Below are positions 8,835 through 18,274 of a stretch of DNA of 64,000 nucleotides, one piece after another. Within the stretch, counting starts at the first letter, position 1. Each line of letters opens with the position of its first letter. The position numbers were made by a program, and so were the translations under genes. Under the pieces are notes generated by a model. The model did no database searches, had not been told where the DNA came from, and saw only the letters and a program-made list of their open reading frames with translations. Source of the stretch: an uncultured Solirubrobacterales bacterium (GTDB lineage: Bacteria; Actinomycetota; Thermoleophilia; Solirubrobacterales; Solirubrobacteraceae); contig CAWDSW010000004.1 in assembly GCA_963805095.1 (NCBI GenBank), positions 201,342 through 265,341 of the forward strand, written 5' to 3'.

Positions 8835-10261
8835 GGCGCTGGGATGCTCTCAAGGTCTCGCGTCTGGCAGACGCGCGGCTGCTTAACGGCCTGTCAAAGG
8901 GCGGTTTGGGCCCGGAGCGGACGACGATCGATTCGCGCGACGCGGGGTCCGGGGCGCTCTTCGTCGGCCTGCCCGGCGAGCACGTACATGGCGGCAGCTA
9001 CGGGCCTGATGCCGTTGCCGCCGGGGCGTGGGGGGTGCTGACGAGCCCAGAGTATGCGAAGGCGACGCTTGCCAGCGTCGATCGAGTCGGTCAGGCCCAC
9101 CCGCCGGCGATCCTATCCGCGGTCGATCCGCTCGACGCACTTCAGCGTCTGGCCACTGCCTGGCGCCGCGAGTTGGGAGCGCGAGTGATCGGGATCACCG
9201 GCTCGACCGGCAAGACCTCGACCAAGGAGCTGCTCGCGGCGGTGCTTTCTCCCCATCGGCTGACAGTCGCCTCGCGGGCCAACTACAACACGGAGATCGG
9301 GCTTCCCCTGGAGATCCTCACGGCGCCGGCGGGCACCGAGGTGCTCGTGCTGGAGATGGCCATGCGCGGTCCCGGGCAGATCGCCGAGCTCGCCCGGGTG
9401 GCCGAGCCGGACGTCGGCGTGATCGTCAGCATCGGCCCGGTCCACCTGGAGCAGCTGGGCACGATCGAGGCGATCGTGGCCGCCAAGGCGGAGCTGATCG
9501 ACGGCCTTCCCGCAGGGGGGACTGCCATCCTGCCCGCGGACGAACCGCGGCTGGAGCCGCGCCGGCGCTCCGACACCTCCACGCTGACCTTCGGACCGGG
9601 CGGTGACGTCACGATGGTCGCCGAGAGCGATGACGCCGTCGAGATCGACTGTGCCGGTGAGCGACTTCTGCTGACGGTCGATTTCTCCGAGTCGCATCTG
9701 CGGCGCGACCTGCTGGCGGCGGTCGCCGCCGCGAAGGCGGTTGGCGTCAGGGCCGGTGGGCGTCTGCACATGACACTGTCACCCGGACGGGGCCAGCGAA
9801 CACTGCTGCCCGGCGACGTCACGCTGATCGACGACGCCTACAACGCAAATCCGGTGTCGATGCGAGCGGCGCTCGACGAGCTTGCTGCGACAGCGGCCAG
9901 GATTGGCGCAGCGCGGGGCCATGTGCCGGCGGCGGTCCGCGGTTACTCCGACGATGCGCGGCCGCGACGGATGGCTGTACTCGGCGACATGCGCGAGCTG
10001 GGCGACGACGCGCGCCGTTACCACCTCGAGATCGGTGCTCACGCGGCCGCGACGGCCGACGTTCTGGTCACGGTCGGTCCCCTCGCCGCGTCGATGGCCG
10101 ATCGCTTCGGCGGCGAACACCACCACGCTGACGACGCGTCGGATGCTGCCGCACTGGTCTCGGAGCTGCTGCACGATGGGGACATCGTGCTCGTCAAGGC
10201 GTCCAACGCAGTTGGTCTTCGGCACGTCTGCGAAGTGCTGCGCGCGGGTGCGCCTGCATGA
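8831..10261 (+). CDS. murF: UDP-MurNAc-pentapeptide ligase MurF
   Basis: GITGSTGKTSTKE, NYNTEIGLP, DDAYNANPVSM, LGDMRELG, LVKASN. Confidence 0.96.
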   Translation: MRRWDALKVSRLADARLLNGLSKGGLGPERTTIDSRDAGSGALFVGLPGEHVHGGSYGPDAVAAGAWGVLTSPEYAKATLASVDRVGQAHPPAILSAVDPLDALQRLATAWRRELGARVIGITGSTGKTSTKELLAAVLSPHRLTVASRANYNTEIGLPLEILTAPAGTEVLVLEMAMRGPGQIAELARVAEPDVGVIVSIGPVHLEQLGTIEAIVAAKAELIDGLPAGGTAILPADEPRLEPRRRSDTSTLTFGPGGDVTMVAESDDAVEIDCAGERLLLTVDFSESHLRRDLLAAVAAAKAVGVRAGGRLHMTLSPGRGQRTLLPGDVTLIDDAYNANPVSMRAALDELAATAARIGAARGHVPAAVRGYSDDARPRRMAVLGDMRELGDDARRYHLEIGAHAAATADVLVTVGPLAASMADRFGGEHHHADDASDAAALVSELLHDGDIVLVKASNAVGLRHVCEVLRAGAPA

Positions 10262-11271
10262 CCGCATCCGAGTCGGGCAGAGTCCTGATCTCGAGCTCGG
10301 CGGCCCTGCTCCTCTGCCTATTCCTGAGTCCGAAGTTCATCGAGTTCCTCCGCGTTCGCTCGTTTGGACAGAACATCCGCGAGGAGGGCCCCGAGGGCCA
10401 CAAGGTCAAAGCCGGAACCCCGACGATGGGCGGGATCATCATCATGATCGCGTTCGCGATCCCGTTTCTCGCGTTGTCGACTCGCGACTGGCGGTCGATG
10501 GGTGTATTTGGGGCGACGATCGCGTGCGCCCTGCTCGGGTTTGCCGACGATTACACGAAGATCGTCAAGCGTCGCTCACTCGGATTGCGGGCGCGGACCA
10601 AGCTGATCGTCACCGTCGCGATCTCGCTCGGGCTGTGGTGGTTCGCGACACATCTGGCGCAACCGCATCTGCGCGACGCGATCTCTCTGCGTCCGTTCAA
10701 CGCACACCTCGACCTGGGACCGCTGTACCCGGTCTACATCTACCTGGTCGTCGCCGGAACGACCAGCGCCGTCAACCTCACCGACGGCCTCGACGGCCTC
10801 GCCGCCGGTTGCACGGCGATCGCTCTGCTCGCCTACATCGGCATCACCTTCGTCACCCGCGGCGATCACGACCTCGAGCTGATCGCGGGCTGTCTGTGCG
10901 GCGCCTGCATCGGCTTTCTCTGGTTCAACAGCTTTCCGGCGAGCATCTTCATGGGTGACACGGGGTCCCTGGCACTCGGCGGGGGGATCGCCGGCCTGGC
11001 GGTGATGACCGACACCGGGATCCTGCTGCTCGTGATCGGCGGGATCTTCGTTATCGAGGCGCTGTCCGTGCTCATCCAGGTGTTCTCCTTTCGGTTCTTC
11101 CGCAAGCGCGTCTTCAAGATGGCTCCGATCCACCATCATTTCGAGCTAGAGGCGTGGTCTGAGACGAAGATCATGCTGCGCTTCTGGATCGTCGCCGCCG
11201 CCTGCGGTGCAATCGGGTTCACGCTGTACGAGCTGTCGACAAGCTCACTCCTCACCAAGGGCGGGCCGTGA
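10258..11271 (+). CDS. mraY: Phospho-MurNAc-pentapeptide translocase MraY
   Basis: KAGTPTMGG, GFADDY, AVNLTDGLDGLA, FMGDTGS, MAPIHHHFEL. Confidence 0.97.
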   Translation: MTASESGRVLISSSAALLLCLFLSPKFIEFLRVRSFGQNIREEGPEGHKVKAGTPTMGGIIIMIAFAIPFLALSTRDWRSMGVFGATIACALLGFADDYTKIVKRRSLGLRARTKLIVTVAISLGLWWFATHLAQPHLRDAISLRPFNAHLDLGPLYPVYIYLVVAGTTSAVNLTDGLDGLAAGCTAIALLAYIGITFVTRGDHDLELIAGCLCGACIGFLWFNSFPASIFMGDTGSLALGGGIAGLAVMTDTGILLLVIGGIFVIEALSVLIQVFSFRFFRKRVFKMAPIHHHFELEAWSETKIMLRFWIVAAACGAIGFTLYELSTSSLLTKGGP

Positions 11272-11275
11272 CGGC

Positions 11276-12625
11276 GTGACCCGTCCGCCGCTGCCGGCCG
11301 GACCGTTCCTGGTGGTCGGCCTCGCGCGCTCCGGCGAGGCGGCCGCCCTGACACTCAGCGCTCGCGGGGAGGAGGTGATCGGGTTCGATGCGGGCGCGGG
11401 GGACAGGCCGGATCTCGCGGCGGCAGCGGGGAGGCTCCGAGCGGCCGGCGTCGAAGTACACATGGATGCGTCAGGCGAGGCCCTTGCCGCCAGGGCCGGG
11501 ACGCTCATCAAGAGCCCCGGTGTTCCCCAATCCGCGCCGCTGGTACGAGCTGCGCGCGCCCGCGGCATCACCGTCATCGGCGAGCTGGAGCTGGCCTGGC
11601 GGCTGCTCCCAAACGAGTTCGTGGCGGTGACTGGAACCAACGGCAAGACGACCACGAGCGAGTGGATCGGCCACATCCATCGCACCGCCGGGGTTCCGGT
11701 GGCGGTCGCCGGCAACGTCGGCACCGCGTTGTCGTCGCTGGTCGGCTCGCTCGCTCCGGATGCGACCGTCGTCTGCGAGGCGTCGTCGTTCCAGCTCGAG
11801 GACACCGAACAGTTCGCGCCCGAGGTCGCGGTGCTGCTCAACATCACTCCTGACCACCTGGACCGACACGGGAGCTACGACGCTTACGTGGAGGCGAAGC
11901 GGCGGATCTTCGTGCGTCAGGACGCCGATGACGTCGCGGTCGTGCCCGACGAGCTGGAGCCTGAGCCCGGTGGCGAGGCGGTCCGGTTGCGCTTCGGCGA
12001 GAGCGACCGGGCGGCGCTGCGTCTTCTCGATGGCAAGCTCCGCTGGCGCGGAGAGCCGCTGCTGCCCGCGGCTGAGATCCCGCTGCCGGGTGCCCACAAC
12101 GTCCAGAACGCGATGGCCGCCGCGACTGCCTGCCTGGCGCGGGATCTGCCGCGGGCCGCTGTCGCCGAAGGACTGCGGACGTTTGCCGGGGTTCCCCACC
12201 GTCTCGAGCTGGTGACGACGCGGCGGGGCGTTCGCTACATCAACGATTCGAAGGCGACCAACGTCGACAGCACGCTGGTGGCGCTGCGCTCGTTCCCAGG
12301 TGACGTCCACCTGATCCTCGGCGGCAAGGGAAAGTCGCAGGACTTCACCCCGCTGGCATCGCTCGTCTCCGAACGGTGCGCGGCCGTTTACCTGATCGGC
12401 GAAGACTCCGTGACGATCGCCGAGGGGCTGTCCGGAACCGGGGTTGCACTGATCCCGGCTGGCGACCTCGAGCGCGCGGTCACGCTCGCTGCCCGGGCGG
12501 CGGGGGATGGGGCGGTGGTGCTGCTGTCGCCGGCCTGCGCGAGTTTCGACCAATACCGCGACTACGAGGCCCGCGGCGATCACTTCCGCGCATTGGCACT
12601 CGGTCTCGCAGAGGGGAGCGACTGA
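11276..12625 (+). CDS. murD: UDP-MurNAc-L-Ala:D-Glu ligase MurD
   Basis: VVGLARSG, KSPGVP, VTGTNGKTTT, EASSFQLE, NDSKATN, LSPACASFDQY. Confidence 0.96.
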   Translation: MTRPPLPAGPFLVVGLARSGEAAALTLSARGEEVIGFDAGAGDRPDLAAAAGRLRAAGVEVHMDASGEALAARAGTLIKSPGVPQSAPLVRAARARGITVIGELELAWRLLPNEFVAVTGTNGKTTTSEWIGHIHRTAGVPVAVAGNVGTALSSLVGSLAPDATVVCEASSFQLEDTEQFAPEVAVLLNITPDHLDRHGSYDAYVEAKRRIFVRQDADDVAVVPDELEPEPGGEAVRLRFGESDRAALRLLDGKLRWRGEPLLPAAEIPLPGAHNVQNAMAAATACLARDLPRAAVAEGLRTFAGVPHRLELVTTRRGVRYINDSKATNVDSTLVALRSFPGDVHLILGGKGKSQDFTPLASLVSERCAAVYLIGEDSVTIAEGLSGTGVALIPAGDLERAVTLAARAAGDGAVVLLSPACASFDQYRDYEARGDHFRALALGLAEGSD

Positions 12626-13893
12626 TGGCCTCGCGTGCCACCAGCCGGCTGGCGCCGCCGCTCGAACACCGCATCCTGGTGACCGTCACTCTCTGTCTGT
12701 TGGCGTTCGGGGCGGTGATGGTGTTCAGCGCATCGTCGTCAACCGGCGTGTTGGGCGGTTCGAGCTACGGCACAAGCGAGTTCTTCATGTATCTGCTGGC
12801 CGCAGGACTCGGCCTGATCGCGATGCGGGTCGGCGAGCGCCGCGGGCTCGCGTTGCTCAACGAGCAGACCGTAAGGCTGCTGCTGTTCGGGTCCTTCGCG
12901 CTGCTGTTGGCGGTGATGATCCCCGGGATCGGCCGCGACATCAACGGCGCGCGGCGATGGTTTGCCGTCGGGCCAATCCAGTTCCAGCCCTCGGAGCTGA
13001 TGAAGCTCGTCCTGGTTCTGTACGTGGCGCGCTATCTGGCCGACCACCCGCGCCGGCTGCGCGGGTTCAGGCAGGCGGTCGCGCCGATCGCGGTGATCGT
13101 CGCACCCGCTTGCCTGCTGATAGCAGCCGAGCCGGACCTCGGCACGATGCTGGTGGTGGTGTTCACGATCGGCGCGCTGCTGCTCGCCGCCGGCATGCCG
13201 TTGCGGTACATGGTGGCGATCGCGGGCGTCGTCGCGTTCGTCGTGCTGTTGATGGTGCTCGCGTCCTCCTACCAGCGCGCACGGCTGCTTTCTTTCCTGC
13301 ACCCGTGGTCGGCGTCGTGCAAGTCCGGCCCGTGCTACCAGGCCGTCCAGGGCCAGATCGCCGTCGGCTCCGGAGGGATCTTCGGTGTCGGCCTCGGCAA
13401 CTCCGTGCAGAAGGCCTACTACCTCCCAGAGGCCCAGACTGACTTCATCCTGGCGGTGATCGGCGAGGAGCTCGGCGTCCTCGGGATCTTCGGCGTCGCC
13501 TGCCTCTACGGCATGATCGCCTTCGCGGGATTGCGGACGGCCAGGCGCGCCGCCACTCGCTATGGCAAGCTGCTTGCGAGCGGGCTGACCTCTCTGATCC
13601 TATGCCAGGGCGTCCTCAACATCTTCGTCGTGCTCGGGATCGCGCCGCTGACCGGCGTGCCGCTGCCGTTCATCTCCTACGCGCCGACGAACCTTTGCAT
13701 AATGTTGGTCGCTGTCGGACTGCTGCTTGGAATTGCGCGACCGCCGGCCAGAGAGCTGCGCTCGGTCGACGATGGCGGCGGCTCGCGCTCGGCCGCCGAC
13801 TGGCGTGACGACGCCGCTGATTCTGATCGGGGCGGGCGGCACGGCAGGGCACGTCGTACCGGCACTGGCGGTCGCCGCCGCACTGCGGGCTGA
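12625..13893 (+). CDS. ftsW: SEDS peptidoglycan polymerase FtsW
   Basis: Multi-TM; NGARRW, FQPSELMK, EPDLGT, YLPEAQTDFI, PLTGVPLPFISY; tail overlaps murG by 89 nt. Confidence 0.95.
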   Translation: MASRATSRLAPPLEHRILVTVTLCLLAFGAVMVFSASSSTGVLGGSSYGTSEFFMYLLAAGLGLIAMRVGERRGLALLNEQTVRLLLFGSFALLLAVMIPGIGRDINGARRWFAVGPIQFQPSELMKLVLVLYVARYLADHPRRLRGFRQAVAPIAVIVAPACLLIAAEPDLGTMLVVVFTIGALLLAAGMPLRYMVAIAGVVAFVVLLMVLASSYQRARLLSFLHPWSASCKSGPCYQAVQGQIAVGSGGIFGVGLGNSVQKAYYLPEAQTDFILAVIGEELGVLGIFGVACLYGMIAFAGLRTARRAATRYGKLLASGLTSLILCQGVLNIFVVLGIAPLTGVPLPFISYAPTNLCIMLVAVGLLLGIARPPARELRSVDDGGGSRSAADWRDDAADSDRGGRHGRARRTGTGGRRRTAG

Positions 13894-14860
13894 AGGCGCC
13901 GAGGTGCAGTTCGTTGGGGGAGAGCGCGCCGAAGCGACGTTGGTCCCCAATGCTGGGTACGAGCTCCATTCCTTGCGGCTAGCGCCGCTCCCGCGCGGCC
14001 GCCGACCGCTGCCGGTCGTCCGTGCGGTCGCGACCGATGCCGCCGCCGTCCGCGACGCCCACGCACTCGTGCGCCGTTTGTCGCCCGCTGCGGTCCTGGG
14101 GGGTGGCGGCTACGTCGCCGGGCCGATCAGCCTGGCCGCCGCAATGCGTCGTGTTCCACTGGTACTGGCCGAGATGGACAGCCACCTCGGGCTGACCAAT
14201 CGGCTGCTGGCGCCGGTCGCCAAGCGAGTCTGCCTGGCCTTTCCGATCGAGGGCCGCGGCGGTCGCAGGTTCCTTGTCACCGGGCGTCCGGTGCCGCCCG
14301 CGAGCACCGACCGCGCCGCTGCGAGGCGGCGATTCAGAATCGGTCCGGAGGAAGATTGCGTGCTCGTCTCCGGCGGATCACAGGGAGCCCGCTCGATCAA
14401 CGAGGCCGCGCTGGAAGCGTTCGCCGGTTCAAGCTTCCGGGTGCTGCACGCCGCGGGCGAGCGTGACCTCCCGTCGCTGCGCTCGCCCGGGCCACACTAC
14501 GACCTGCGCGGGTTCATCGATGAGTTCAGCGACGCGCTGGCCGCCTCGGACTTGGTTGTCGGCCGCGCCGGTGGATCTGTCTTCGAGATCGCCGCGGCCG
14601 GCAGGCCGGCAGTTCTGGTTCCGTATCCGCACGCGACCGCGGACCACCAGATGACCAACGCACGCTACTTCGAGAGCGCTGGGGCGGCTGTGATCATCCC
14701 CGACGCCGAGCTCAGCGGCCCCAGGTTGGCGCAGGAGGTTGGTCGGCTGCTGGCCGATCGCGCGCGGCTCTCGGCGATGTCCCGCGCTTGCGCGCGGTTG
14801 GCGCGACCGCGGGCCGCGGACGAGATCGCGGCAGAGGTGCTGCGTGCCGCCGATCGGTGA
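13805..14860 (+). CDS. murG: Lipid II GlcNAc transferase MurG
   Basis: AGGTAGHVVPALA, GGGGYVAGP, SGGSQGARSIN, LVPYPHATADHQ. Confidence 0.95.
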   Translation: MTTPLILIGAGGTAGHVVPALAVAAALRAEGAEVQFVGGERAEATLVPNAGYELHSLRLAPLPRGRRPLPVVRAVATDAAAVRDAHALVRRLSPAAVLGGGGYVAGPISLAAAMRRVPLVLAEMDSHLGLTNRLLAPVAKRVCLAFPIEGRGGRRFLVTGRPVPPASTDRAAARRRFRIGPEEDCVLVSGGSQGARSINEAALEAFAGSSFRVLHAAGERDLPSLRSPGPHYDLRGFIDEFSDALAASDLVVGRAGGSVFEIAAAGRPAVLVPYPHATADHQMTNARYFESAGAAVIIPDAELSGPRLAQEVGRLLADRARLSAMSRACARLARPRAADEIAAEVLRAADR

Positions 14861-16199
14861 CTGGTCGGATCGCCGGCTGCATTTCGTCGGAATCGGGGGC
14901 GCCGGGATGAGCGGCCTCGCCCTGATCGCGAAGTCCCTCGGAGCGCGGGTGAGCGGGTCGGATCGCGCCGAGAGCAACTACCTGTCCGAGCTCCGGGCGG
15001 CTGGTATCGAGCCGGTTATTGGGCACGCGGCGGCGAACGTTCCGCCAGGAGCCGAGGTTGTCTACTCCTCGGCGGTTGGCCCCGAGAATCCGGAGCGCGT
15101 GGCCGCCTCGCGGGAGCACGGCGGCAGAGGTGAGCTGCACCGGGCCGACCTATTGGCCCAACTCACCGAGCTGAAGCGCTGCCTGGCCGTCACCGGAACG
15201 CACGGCAAGACGACCACGACGGCGATGATCGTGCATGTTTTGCAGGCCTGTGGTCTCGATCCAAGCTATGTCGTCGGTGGCGAGCTTCGCGGCAGCGGCC
15301 GAAATGCCGCCTGGGGGAGCGGCGAGTGGATCGTCGTCGAAGCCGACGAGTCCGATCGATCGTTGCTGAAGCTGCGGCCCGAGGTGGCGGTGCTGACCAA
15401 CGCCGAGCTCGATCATCATGCCACGTATGCCTCAAGTCTCGACCTCAACGAGACCCTTATGGATTTCCTTGACGGCGCCACCGCTGCGGTCGTCTGGGAT
15501 CGACCCGAGGTGCTCGTGCTGGCGGCTGGAGCGAGCCGGATAATCCCCTATGACGCTGAGGATCCGTGCTCTTCTCCGACCGGCGTCAGTCTGCGCTGGG
15601 AAGGCCTCGAGGTTGACTTGAGGGTACCCGGCGTGCACAACGCGATCAACGCGGCTGGCGCTCTGACCGCCGCCGCCCTGGCGGGCGCGGAGCCGGTCGC
15701 CGCGGTCGCGGCGATCCGCAGTTTCGTTGGCGCGCGCCGGCGCTTCGAGCGGCTTGGAAAGACGGCGGCAGGGGCTTCGGTCTATGACGACTATGCCCAC
15801 CACCCGACGGAAGTCGCGGTCGCGCTTGCCGCCGCGAGGACGCTCGGCCCGCGGCGGCTGGTCGCGGTCTTCCAGCCGCATCTGTACTCACGGACCCGCG
15901 CACTCGCGCGCAGGTTCGGCGAGGCGCTCGCGGCCGCCGACGTCTGCTGCGTGACCGACGTCTATGCGGCCCGCGAGCTGGCCGAGGATTTTCCGGGAAT
16001 CGATGGCCGGTTGGTGGCCGTTGCGGCCGCGGACGTCGGCGACGGACGGGCTGTCGCCTGGTTGCCCTCGTTGGACAGCGCCGAAGGGTGGCTGCGCTCG
16101 GAACTGCGTGACGGCGACCTGTGTCTGGTGATGGGCGCCGGCGACATCGACTCGCTCGGCCGCGCACTTGTCATCGGGCCCGACGACGGGCGGACCTAG
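14844..16199 (+). CDS. murC: UDP-MurNAc:L-Ala ligase MurC
   Basis: HFVGIGGAGMSGLA, GTHGKTTTT, EADESD, DDYAHHPTE, FQPHLYSRT, MGAGDI; start approximate. Confidence 0.96.
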   Translation: MPPIGDWSDRRLHFVGIGGAGMSGLALIAKSLGARVSGSDRAESNYLSELRAAGIEPVIGHAAANVPPGAEVVYSSAVGPENPERVAASREHGGRGELHRADLLAQLTELKRCLAVTGTHGKTTTTAMIVHVLQACGLDPSYVVGGELRGSGRNAAWGSGEWIVVEADESDRSLLKLRPEVAVLTNAELDHHATYASSLDLNETLMDFLDGATAAVVWDRPEVLVLAAGASRIIPYDAEDPCSSPTGVSLRWEGLEVDLRVPGVHNAINAAGALTAAALAGAEPVAAVAAIRSFVGARRRFERLGKTAAGASVYDDYAHHPTEVAVALAAARTLGPRRLVAVFQPHLYSRTRALARRFGEALAAADVCCVTDVYAARELAEDFPGIDGRLVAVAAADVGDGRAVAWLPSLDSAEGWLRSELRDGDLCLVMGAGDIDSLGRALVIGPDDGRT

Positions 16200-16247
16200 T
16201 CGTTGTTTGCACCGTGGCTTCATCATCACGAAGTGGAGGGACAAGGA

Positions 16248-16285
16248 CCCGTAAGTCGTCACGCGGCCCGTAAGTCGCCACGCGC
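16248..16285 (+). repeat. 19-bp tandem direct repeat (2 copies) in the murC-murB spacer
   Basis: CCCGTAAGTCGTCACGCGG / CCCGTAAGTCGCCACGCGC, 17/19 identical. Confidence 0.7.
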
Positions 16286-16314
16286 CCGCCGGGGGCGGCA
16301 TTACCCTCAGGCTC

Positions 16315-17241
16315 GTGTCTGAGGTGCCCGCCGGCTTGCAGCGCGACTACCCGCTCGCGCGCCTGACGACGATCCGTACGGGTGGTCCTGCCGAGTTCTT
16401 CGCGCGGCCCGGGACCGCCGCCGACCTGCACGCGCTGCTGATCTGGGCAGCCGGCCGGCAGCTTCAGGTAGGGGTCGTGGGCTCGGGGTCGAACCTCCTC
16501 GTATCGGATGCCGGGGTGCGCGGTCTCGTCTTGAAACTTGATAAGGACCTCTCCAGGATCGAGCTCGACCAGAACGCGGGGGACCGGATCCTCTGTGGCG
16601 GTGGCGCGCGTCTGCCGGCTGTCTCTGCGGTGGCGGCGCGCGCAGGCCTATCCGGGATCGAGTTCGGAGTCAGCATTCCCGGGACGGTCGGTGGCGCCGT
16701 GCGAATGAATGCCAACGCGTACGGTGGCGCGCTGGCCGACGTGCTCGAGTCGGTCGAGGTCGTCAGCGCCGACGGAATCGAGCGGCGCACCCCCGACCAG
16801 CTCGGATTCTCCTACCGGCGTTCGAATCTGATCGCTGGGGAGATCGTCGCCAGCGCCGCCTTTCGCCTGCTGCGGGCGAGCGCCGACCAGGTGCGGGCCG
16901 CCCTCGCAGATCTCCGCGAGCAGCGCAAACAGGCGCAGCCGTCAGGTATCCGGACATTCGGATCCACCTTCAAGAACCCCGGTTCCGCTCGTGCAGCGGG
17001 TCGCACCGCCGGCCAGCTGTTGGAAGCCGCGGGGTGCCGAGGGTTGCGGGTGGGCGACGCGGGGTTCAGCACCAAGCACGCCAACTTCATCGAGAATCAC
17101 GGGGCCGCGACGACCGCCGAGGTTTTCGAGCTGATGGCCCTGGGACGCCGTCGGGTGTCCGAGCGATTCGGGATCGAGCTCGAGCCCGAGGTCCAGCTGC
17201 TCGGCCCGGTGTCGCGTCCGGTTGACTGGGAGCGCCAGTGA
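16315..17241 (+). CDS. murB: UDP-N-acetylenolpyruvoylglucosamine reductase MurB
   Basis: TTIRTGGPA, GSGSNLLV, IPGTVGGAVRMNANAYG, FGSTFKNP, KHANFIEN, LEPEV. Confidence 0.95.
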   Translation: MSEVPAGLQRDYPLARLTTIRTGGPAEFFARPGTAADLHALLIWAAGRQLQVGVVGSGSNLLVSDAGVRGLVLKLDKDLSRIELDQNAGDRILCGGGARLPAVSAVAARAGLSGIEFGVSIPGTVGGAVRMNANAYGGALADVLESVEVVSADGIERRTPDQLGFSYRRSNLIAGEIVASAAFRLLRASADQVRAALADLREQRKQAQPSGIRTFGSTFKNPGSARAAGRTAGQLLEAAGCRGLRVGDAGFSTKHANFIENHGAATTAEVFELMALGRRRVSERFGIELEPEVQLLGPVSRPVDWERQ

Positions 17242-17256
17242 TCGCTGGGAGCGCCG

Positions 17257-18072
17257 GTGATCGCTGAGCGGCGGCGACGGACCCGGTCGCGCCGCCGCCT
17301 GCATCTGCCCACCTGGCTCTTCGACAGGCGCGTCGCCGCAGTTCTCGTGGCCGCGGTCATCCTCCTGGGCGGCGGCTGGTTGTGGTTTCGCAGTTCCTCG
17401 TTCGTCGCAGTGCATCAGGTCCGGGTGACCGGCCTGAGCGGGCCCAACGTCGGCCCGATCGCCAGGGCGTTGACGACCACGGCCGAGACCATGACCACGC
17501 TTGATTTCGACGTCTCGAAGCTGAAGCGATCCGTGGAGGCCTACCCATACGTGCACTCGCTCGATGTCAGCACCGAGTTTCCCCACGGCGTCACGATCGA
17601 CGTGCTGGAGGAGGTTCCGGTCGCGGTCACCTCGGTGGCGGGCCGCGTGACGGTGGTCGACGCCACGGGGAGCCTCCTCTCGAGCGCCGGCACCCGCCAC
17701 GGCCCGCTGCCATCGGTTCCGCTCGGCTCGGTATCGACGGGTGGCGGCGAGACTGGCGGAGCCACCTCCGGCCGGATCACCGCCCCGGGCTCGCTGGCCG
17801 CGCTCAAGGTGCTGGTCGCCGCTCCTTACCGATTCCTGCCACACGTCGCCGGCGCCGTCAGCAGCACGGCCCACGGTGTCGTCGTCAAGCTTCGCGATGG
17901 GCCAAGCTTGTACTTCGGCCCGCTTGTCGACCTTGCCGACAAGTGGAACGCTGCGCTGGCGGTGCTGGCGGCCCGGGGCTCGGCGGCCGCCGCCGGCGGG
18001 GAATACATCGACGTCAGTGATCCGCAGCGGCCCGCGGTTGGTGGGCAGTCGCCGACCCAGGCCTCAGGCTAG
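17257..18072 (+). CDS. ftsQ: Cell division protein FtsQ/DivIB
   Basis: Single TM helix, POTRA-like region (VRVTG...FPHGVTIDVLEEVPVA), C-terminal YIDVSDPQRPAV; directly upstream of ftsZ. Confidence 0.85.
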   Translation: MIAERRRRTRSRRRLHLPTWLFDRRVAAVLVAAVILLGGGWLWFRSSSFVAVHQVRVTGLSGPNVGPIARALTTTAETMTTLDFDVSKLKRSVEAYPYVHSLDVSTEFPHGVTIDVLEEVPVAVTSVAGRVTVVDATGSLLSSAGTRHGPLPSVPLGSVSTGGGETGGATSGRITAPGSLAALKVLVAAPYRFLPHVAGAVSSTAHGVVVKLRDGPSLYFGPLVDLADKWNAALAVLAARGSAAAAGGEYIDVSDPQRPAVGGQSPTQASG

Positions 18073-18262
18073 ACCTGAGGTTGAGGGTTGGCCGCGAGGC
18101 AAAATTCGGACCCTCAGGCGATCAATTGAGAGTTCCGCGATCTGCAAGGATCGTTGCGCGACACCCGCCGACAGTTGACTTCGCCGAATGCGAGCACGTA
18201 ACGTGCAAAATACCCGCAAGCAGGTAGATGCGCCGATAAACACTCAACGATAGATCGAGGGT
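18061..18262 (+). promoter_or_regulatory. ftsZ promoter region: sigmaA-like promoter and three CTCA-N9/10-(T/C)GAG dyad boxes
   Basis: TTGACT (18175) N18 TAACGT (18199); dyads at ~18061-18082, 18110-18133 and 18240-18262. Confidence 0.6.
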
Positions 18263-18274
18263 CGGACGGAGAGT

